This document shows positions 7,427-10,652 of a stretch of 10,652 bases of DNA, piece after piece. The translations under genes were made by a program, and so were the position numbers. The number at the start of each line of letters is the position of its first letter. Within the stretch, counting starts at the first letter, position 1. Below the pieces are notes generated by a model. It was not told where the DNA came from. It did not search any database and saw only the letters and a program-made list of their open reading frames with translations. Source of the DNA: Gemmatimonadaceae bacterium (lineage in GTDB: Bacteria > Gemmatimonadota > Gemmatimonadetes > Gemmatimonadales > Gemmatimonadaceae); NCBI GenBank assembly GCA_040902005.1, contig JBBDYA010000130.1, positions 1 through 10,652 on the forward strand, in the 5' to 3' direction.

Positions 7427-7439
7427 GAAGCTTCCCTAG
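7423..7439. repeat. 17-bp near-palindromic footprint CTAG-GAAGCTTCC-CTAG related to the 7771-7864 element
   Basis: GCTTCCCTAG (7430-7439) is identical to the element's right end (7855-7864). The first CTAG contains the htpX stop. Confidence 0.55.
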
Positions 7440-7469
7440 GGGTCGCCAGGCGGATGTGACCTGCGCCGC

Positions 7470-7498
7470 ATGCCGAAGCGGACTGGCCCGTGTAGCTT
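7470..7498 (+). promoter_or_regulatory. Putative leaderless sigma70 promoter for the 89-aa ORF
   Basis: ATGCCG (7470-7475), 17-nt spacer, TAGCTT (7493-7498), then 6 nt to ATG 7505. No SD. Confidence 0.5.
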
Positions 7499-7504
7499 CC
7501 CGCC

Positions 7505-7774
7505 ATGTCCGACGGCATCCTCTATCGGCGAAAGCTGCCGCACGGCCCGGAGGTTCGCATCCGCCTTGTCTCGGAGGCGGGCGCCACGCCTGTCATCGCG
7601 GTCCTGGACGTTGACCGGCGCGCCGGAACCCCCAGGGAAAAGGAAGGGGGCACGCCCCCGGCGCTCAAGAAGGCCGAGGGCGCGACGGAGGCGGAGGTGA
7701 TCGACGCGCTCAAGCCGGACGCGGACGACGATCGCGCGATCGCCGGGCTGCTGCGCGCGAAGGGGCTGCGCTAG
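7505..7774 (+). CDS. Hypothetical protein, 89 aa
   Basis: Fills the gap between htpX and the ferredoxin gene. GC3-rich codons, protein-like composition (EVRIRLV, VIAVLDVDRR, EAEVIDAL) and a -10 box positioned just upstream. Confidence 0.75.
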   Translation: MSDGILYRRKLPHGPEVRIRLVSEAGATPVIAVLDVDRRAGTPREKEGGTPPALKKAEGATEAEVIDALKPDADDDRAIAGLLRAKGLR

Positions 7775-7864
7775 GGAGGCACGGAAGTATGGGGGCTGGA
7801 GGCGCGGTGTGCCGCGGCGCGCGAGGCACACTGCTCCAGCCTCCATTCTGCAGGGCTTCCCTAG
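7771..7864. mobile_element. Putative MITE-like fold-back element (86 bp, 7775-7860) flanked by CTAG direct repeats; may also act as terminator of the convergent genes
   Basis: Left end GGAGGCACGGAAGTATGGGGGCTGGAG versus reverse complement of right end GGAAGCCCTGCAGAATGGAGGCTGGAG gives 21/27 ungapped identities. An inner GCGGTGTGCC/GGCACACTGC stem is also present. CTAG at 7771-7774 and 7861-7864 each supply a TAG stop. Confidence 0.6.
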
Positions 7865-8178
7865 AGCTGGTGAAACACCGCGTCCTCGACAACGCGTCCG
7901 GCCCCCAGATGCTCGTCCACGATCCGCCGCAACAGCGCGGGGGTGACCCCACCGTACCAGACGCCATCCGGGTATACCACGACGATCGGCCCGCCGGCGC
8001 ACACGCCAAGGCAGGGCGTCTCCCCCCGCTTCACGCGGCCGGGGCCGAACAGCAAGCCCGCGCCTTCGAGCAGCGTCGGCAGTAGTGCGTACAGCTCCCG
8101 TCCACCCCGGTTGGGCGAACAATAGCCGCCGGTGCACACGAGCACGTGTCTGCTGTAACGTTCCATCGCCGGCTGCAT
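7861..8178 (-). CDS. Thioredoxin-like [2Fe-2S] ferredoxin, 105 aa (alternative start 8166)
   Basis: HVLVCTGGYC...PCLGVCAGGPIVVVYPDGVWYGGVT...IVDEHL..GRVV, giving C-X4-C-X35-C-X3-C. Confidence 0.9.
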   Translation of the reverse strand: MQPAMERYSRHVLVCTGGYCSPNRGGRELYALLPTLLEGAGLLFGPGRVKRGETPCLGVCAGGPIVVVYPDGVWYGGVTPALLRRIVDEHLGAGRVVEDAVFHQL

Positions 8179-8183
8179 CGCGG

Positions 8184-8221
8184 TATACTCGCGACCCCAC
8201 GTCGCGATCTCAACGGGGAGG
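8184..8221 (+). promoter_or_regulatory. Putative -10 box, palindrome and RBS for the hydrolase-csaA-OsmC operon
   Basis: TATACT (8184-8189), TCGCGAC-N5-GTCGCGA (8189-8207) and GGGGAGG (8215-8221). Confidence 0.5.
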
Positions 8222-8246
8222 AATCCTGGCGCCGCACATCACGCAC

Positions 8247-9044
8247 GTGAGCGACCTGACGGTCGCAGTCGAGACACCATCGCCCCCCCCCCCCCCGCCC
8301 ACGGCCAAGCCGCCCGTGCTCCTGATCCACGGGATGTTCGGGGGCGCGTGGTACTGGGAGGGATACCAGGCATTCCTGGCGCGTCACGGGTACGCGAGTC
8401 ACGCGATCAACCTGCGCGGCCATCACGGCAGCCGTCCCGTTCGCGACATCGGCCACGTCTCCATCGGCGACTACGTGGACGACGCGATCGAGGTCGCGCG
8501 GTCGCTCGGCTCACCGATCGTGATCGGGCACTCCATGGGCGGCCTCATCGCGCAGAAGGTCGGGGAGGCCGGCGCGTGCCGTGCGCTGGTGCTCATGTCG
8601 GCCGCGCCGCCCCGGTGGATTCCCGCCATTGGTCCGGTGCTCGCGCGCACGATGCTCCAGTTCAGATATCTGAAGGCCATGCTCCTGCACGGGCCGCTGC
8701 TGCCGGAGCGGCAGGACGCCGACGCGCTGATGTTCAACCGCACGCCGGTGGAGGAGCGCGCCGCGTTCTTCGCCCGGATCGTGCCGGAGAGCGGGCGCGC
8801 GGGGTTCGAGCTGGCGCTCGGGATCCCGGCGGTGCACGCGTCGCGCGTCACGGCGCGCGTCCTGGTCGTCACCGGCAACGACGACCAGTTCGTGGTGCCG
8901 CGCGTCGCGCGCGCGCTGGCGAAGAAGTACAACGCGCCGCTGCGCGCCTACGACGGATTCGCGCATCACATCATGAGCGAGCCCGGGTGGGAGCAGCCGG
9001 CCGCGGATGTGGTGGCGTGGCTCGACGAGTTCGTGCATGCCTGA
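8247..9044 (+). CDS. Alpha/beta fold hydrolase (esterase/lysophospholipase-like); start uncertain (GTG 8247 or CTG 8226)
   Basis: PVLLIHGMFGGAWYW (oxyanion HG), NLRGHHGS, nucleophile elbow GHSMGG, VLVVTGNDD (acid) and FAHH (His). Confidence 0.9.
   Translation: MSDLTVAVETPSPPPPPPTAKPPVLLIHGMFGGAWYWEGYQAFLARHGYASHAINLRGHHGSRPVRDIGHVSIGDYVDDAIEVARSLGSPIVIGHSMGGLIAQKVGEAGACRALVLMSAAPPRWIPAIGPVLARTMLQFRYLKAMLLHGPLLPERQDADALMFNRTPVEERAAFFARIVPESGRAGFELALGIPAVHASRVTARVLVVTGNDDQFVVPRVARALAKKYNAPLRAYDGFAHHIMSEPGWEQPAADVVAWLDEFVHA
8283..8296 (+). repeat. C14 homopolymer within the hydrolase 5' coding region (encodes poly-Pro)
   Basis: 14 consecutive C; the reading frame gives TPSPPPPPPTAKPP. Confidence 0.8.
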
Positions 9045-9360
9045 TTTCGGCGCGATCGACATGCGCGTCGGCACGGTGGTGGCGGCGGACGCCTTTCCTG
9101 AAGCGCGGAAGCCCTCGCTGAAACTCACGATCGACTTCGGCCCCGAGCTGGGCGTGAAGCGGTCAAGCGCGCAGATCACGAGCCACTATACTCCCCCGGA
9201 GCTCGTCGGCCGCCAGGTCGTCGCGGCGGTGAACCTGGGCAGCCGGCGCATCGCGGGGTTCGCGAGCGAAGTGCTGGTGCTGGGCGCGATGCCGTCGGCG
9301 GCTGACGTCATTCTCCTGACACCGGATCGGCGTGTGCCCGACGGCACCCGCATCGGATGA
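9037..9360 (+). CDS. csaA: CsaA / Trbp111-like OB-fold tRNA-binding and secretion chaperone, 107 aa
   Basis: DMRVGTVV..FPEARKPSLKLTIDFGPELGVKRSSAQIT..Y..ELVGRQVVAAVN..RRIAGFASEVLVLG..VPDGTRIG. ATG 9037 overlaps the hydrolase 3' end by 8 nt. Confidence 0.92.
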   Translation: MPDFGAIDMRVGTVVAADAFPEARKPSLKLTIDFGPELGVKRSSAQITSHYTPPELVGRQVVAAVNLGSRRIAGFASEVLVLGAMPSAADVILLTPDRRVPDGTRIG

Positions 9361-9881
9361 ACCCCATGAATGAGAACATGCGCACGCCCACGTCAGGACC
9401 CGCGGTGCCCGCGCGACCGTCGTTGGGCAATCCCATCGCCCGATCGCATTCGGTGTGGAAGGGCGGATTGCTCTTCGACTCCGGCGTCGGCGAGCGCGTC
9501 CACCAGATCGACGGCAACTCGAAGCTGGCGCCCTCGCCGGTGGAGACGCTGCTCGGCACCGTCGGCACCTGTGCCGGCAGCGACGTCGTGGACATCCTGA
9601 CCAAGCAGCGCACGCCGCCGTCCCGGCTCGAGGTGGACGTCATGGCCACGCGGCGATCCGAGTTTCCGCGCCGCGTGATGACCCTGGAGGTGATGTTCAG
9701 GATCGACGGCGACGGGCTGGAGCGCACGCAATCGGAACGCGCGATCGCACTCTCCATCGAGAAGTACTGCACCGTGGCGGCGTCACTCGCGGGCGACATC
9801 GGGATGACGACGATCCTGGTGCTCAACGGCGCGCCCGGCGAGCCGGTGTCGCAGCCGATGTTCTCGGCGCGATTTCCCTGA
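9357..9881 (+). CDS. OsmC/Ohr family protein (YhfA-like), up to 174 aa
   Basis: PSPVETLLGTVGTCAGSDVVDILTKQR and AIALSIEKYCTVAASL, with two conserved Cys. ATGA overlap with the csaA stop; alternative ATGs at 9366 and 9378. Confidence 0.9.
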   Translation: MNPMNENMRTPTSGPAVPARPSLGNPIARSHSVWKGGLLFDSGVGERVHQIDGNSKLAPSPVETLLGTVGTCAGSDVVDILTKQRTPPSRLEVDVMATRRSEFPRRVMTLEVMFRIDGDGLERTQSERAIALSIEKYCTVAASLAGDIGMTTILVLNGAPGEPVSQPMFSARFP

Positions 9882-10042
9882 GGGGAGATAGGCGAGACAA
9901 TCACTGCGTGCCGAGCTCATGCAAGCCCGCGGAACCCACTCGCTGGAAGTCCAACGGCCCCCCGCGCAGTATCGTACCTTGTGAGGAGCCTCCCCTTCCA
10001 CGCAGGCTTCCCACCCCCCCCCCACCCCCTGCCCCGCGTCCC

Positions 10043-10652
10043 ATGTCAGCACTCCGGCGACTGCTCGTACTCCCCCTGATTCTTCTGCCGGCGACGGCGT
10101 TCTCCCAGAAGAAGGTCCTGACCCAGGCTGACTGGGACACCTGGAAATCGATATCGGGGGCTGCGCTCACGCCCGATGGTCAATGGGCAGTGTATTCGAT
10201 CTCGCCGCTCGTGGGCGACGGTGGGCTGGTGATCCGCGCGACGAGCAGCAGCACGGAATACCGGGTGCCCCGCGGGTTCCTGGGACGCGCGAACAACACG
10301 CCCGGAGGGTTGCGTCCACGCGCCGGCGGGAATCCCGAAGCGGAACCGGCCGGACCGACGGTCGCACCGGCGCAGCTGACGCACGACAGCCGGCACGTGC
10401 TGGCGCTGACGTATCCCACGCAGGCGCAGTTTGCGCGGGCGGGGCGCGGGCGGGGCGCGTCCGCGGTGACGAGCCGGACCGATCTCGCGATTGTTCGCCT
10501 GGCGGACGGCAACGTCACGACGCTGGAGCGCGTGCGTTCGTTCCGGCTGCCCCGCAGCAGCGGCGCGTGGGTCGCGTACGCCCCGGCGGATTCCGCGCCG
10601 CCGGCCGCCGCCGTGCCCCAGCGCGGTGAGGGCATCGGCGCGCCGGCCGGCG
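10043..10652 (+). CDS. Secreted S9 (prolyl oligopeptidase/acylaminoacyl peptidase-like) protein, N-terminal beta-propeller part; partial, runs off the window
   Basis: Manual translation from ATG 10043 has no stop: MSALRRLLVLPLILLPATAFS|QKKVLTQADWDTWKSISGAALTPDGQWAVYSISPLVGDGGLVIR...THDSRHV...DLAIVRLADGNVTTLERVRSFRLPRSSGAWVAY. The signal peptide and QKK.L...D.W.SI....PDG.W..Y...P..GDG pattern resemble large secreted S9 peptidases. The catalytic domain is not in the window. Confidence 0.75.
   Translation, partial: MSALRRLLVLPLILLPATAFSQKKVLTQADWDTWKSISGAALTPDGQWAVYSISPLVGDGGLVIRATSSSTEYRVPRGFLGRANNTPGGLRPRAGGNPEAEPAGPTVAPAQLTHDSRHVLALTYPTQAQFARAGRGRGASAVTSRTDLAIVRLADGNVTTLERVRSFRLPRSSGAWVAYAPADSAPPAAAVPQRGEGIGAPAG

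Noticed and set aside
7772..7864. Amber readthrough or recoding signal (PYLIS/SECIS-like hairpin after TAG)
   Set aside because: HtpX and the ferredoxin already look complete at TAG, readthrough adds only short non-domain tails, no recoding genes are in the window, and the flanking direct repeats fit an insertion better.
9873..9886. TTTCCCTGAGGGGA around the OsmC stop as another element footprint
   Set aside because: No YTAR duplication and the arrangement is reversed (TCC before GGA); probably a chance small palindrome.
10046..10054. TCAGCACTC resembling a CIRCE half-site
   Set aside because: No GAGTGCTAA half at 9-bp spacing, and it lies within the S9 coding sequence.
10046..10635. ORF-track ORFs 10046..10396, 10180..10635 and 10183..10629
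   Set aside because: Alternative-frame or antisense shadows of the partial S9 gene starting at 10043.
1..10652. CRISPR array, tRNA/rRNA, transposase, integrase or defence genes
   Set aside because: No regularly spaced repeats, cloverleaf or such protein motifs were seen, and nearly all of the window is accounted for by housekeeping-type CDSs.

Overview
High-GC bacterial window (roughly 70% by eye; Gemmatimonadota-like is an inference from gene content and style only). It holds 11 complete CDSs and 1 partial CDS. On the minus strand are a secreted two-module M16 zinc peptidase with a strong terminator, a small Cys-rich lipoprotein and a YtcJ-like lipoprotein amidohydrolase. Divergent from these is a TerC/Alx membrane protein, followed by a small helical hypothetical, htpX, an 89-aa hypothetical, a thioredoxin-like [2Fe-2S] ferredoxin, a coupled alpha/beta-hydrolase-csaA-OsmC(YhfA-like) operon and the 5' part of a secreted S9 peptidase that the ORF track misses. 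No RNA genes, CRISPR array or transposase were seen. The most unusual signal is non-coding. All four complete genes that end in TAG have that stop embedded in a YTAR-GGA...TCC-YTAR type structure: one 86-bp fold-back, MITE-like element flanked by CTAG (7771-7864) and two 17-bp collapsed versions (3038-3054, 7423-7439). This suggests a family of amber-stop-targeting miniature elements with IS5-like ends, plus their footprints.
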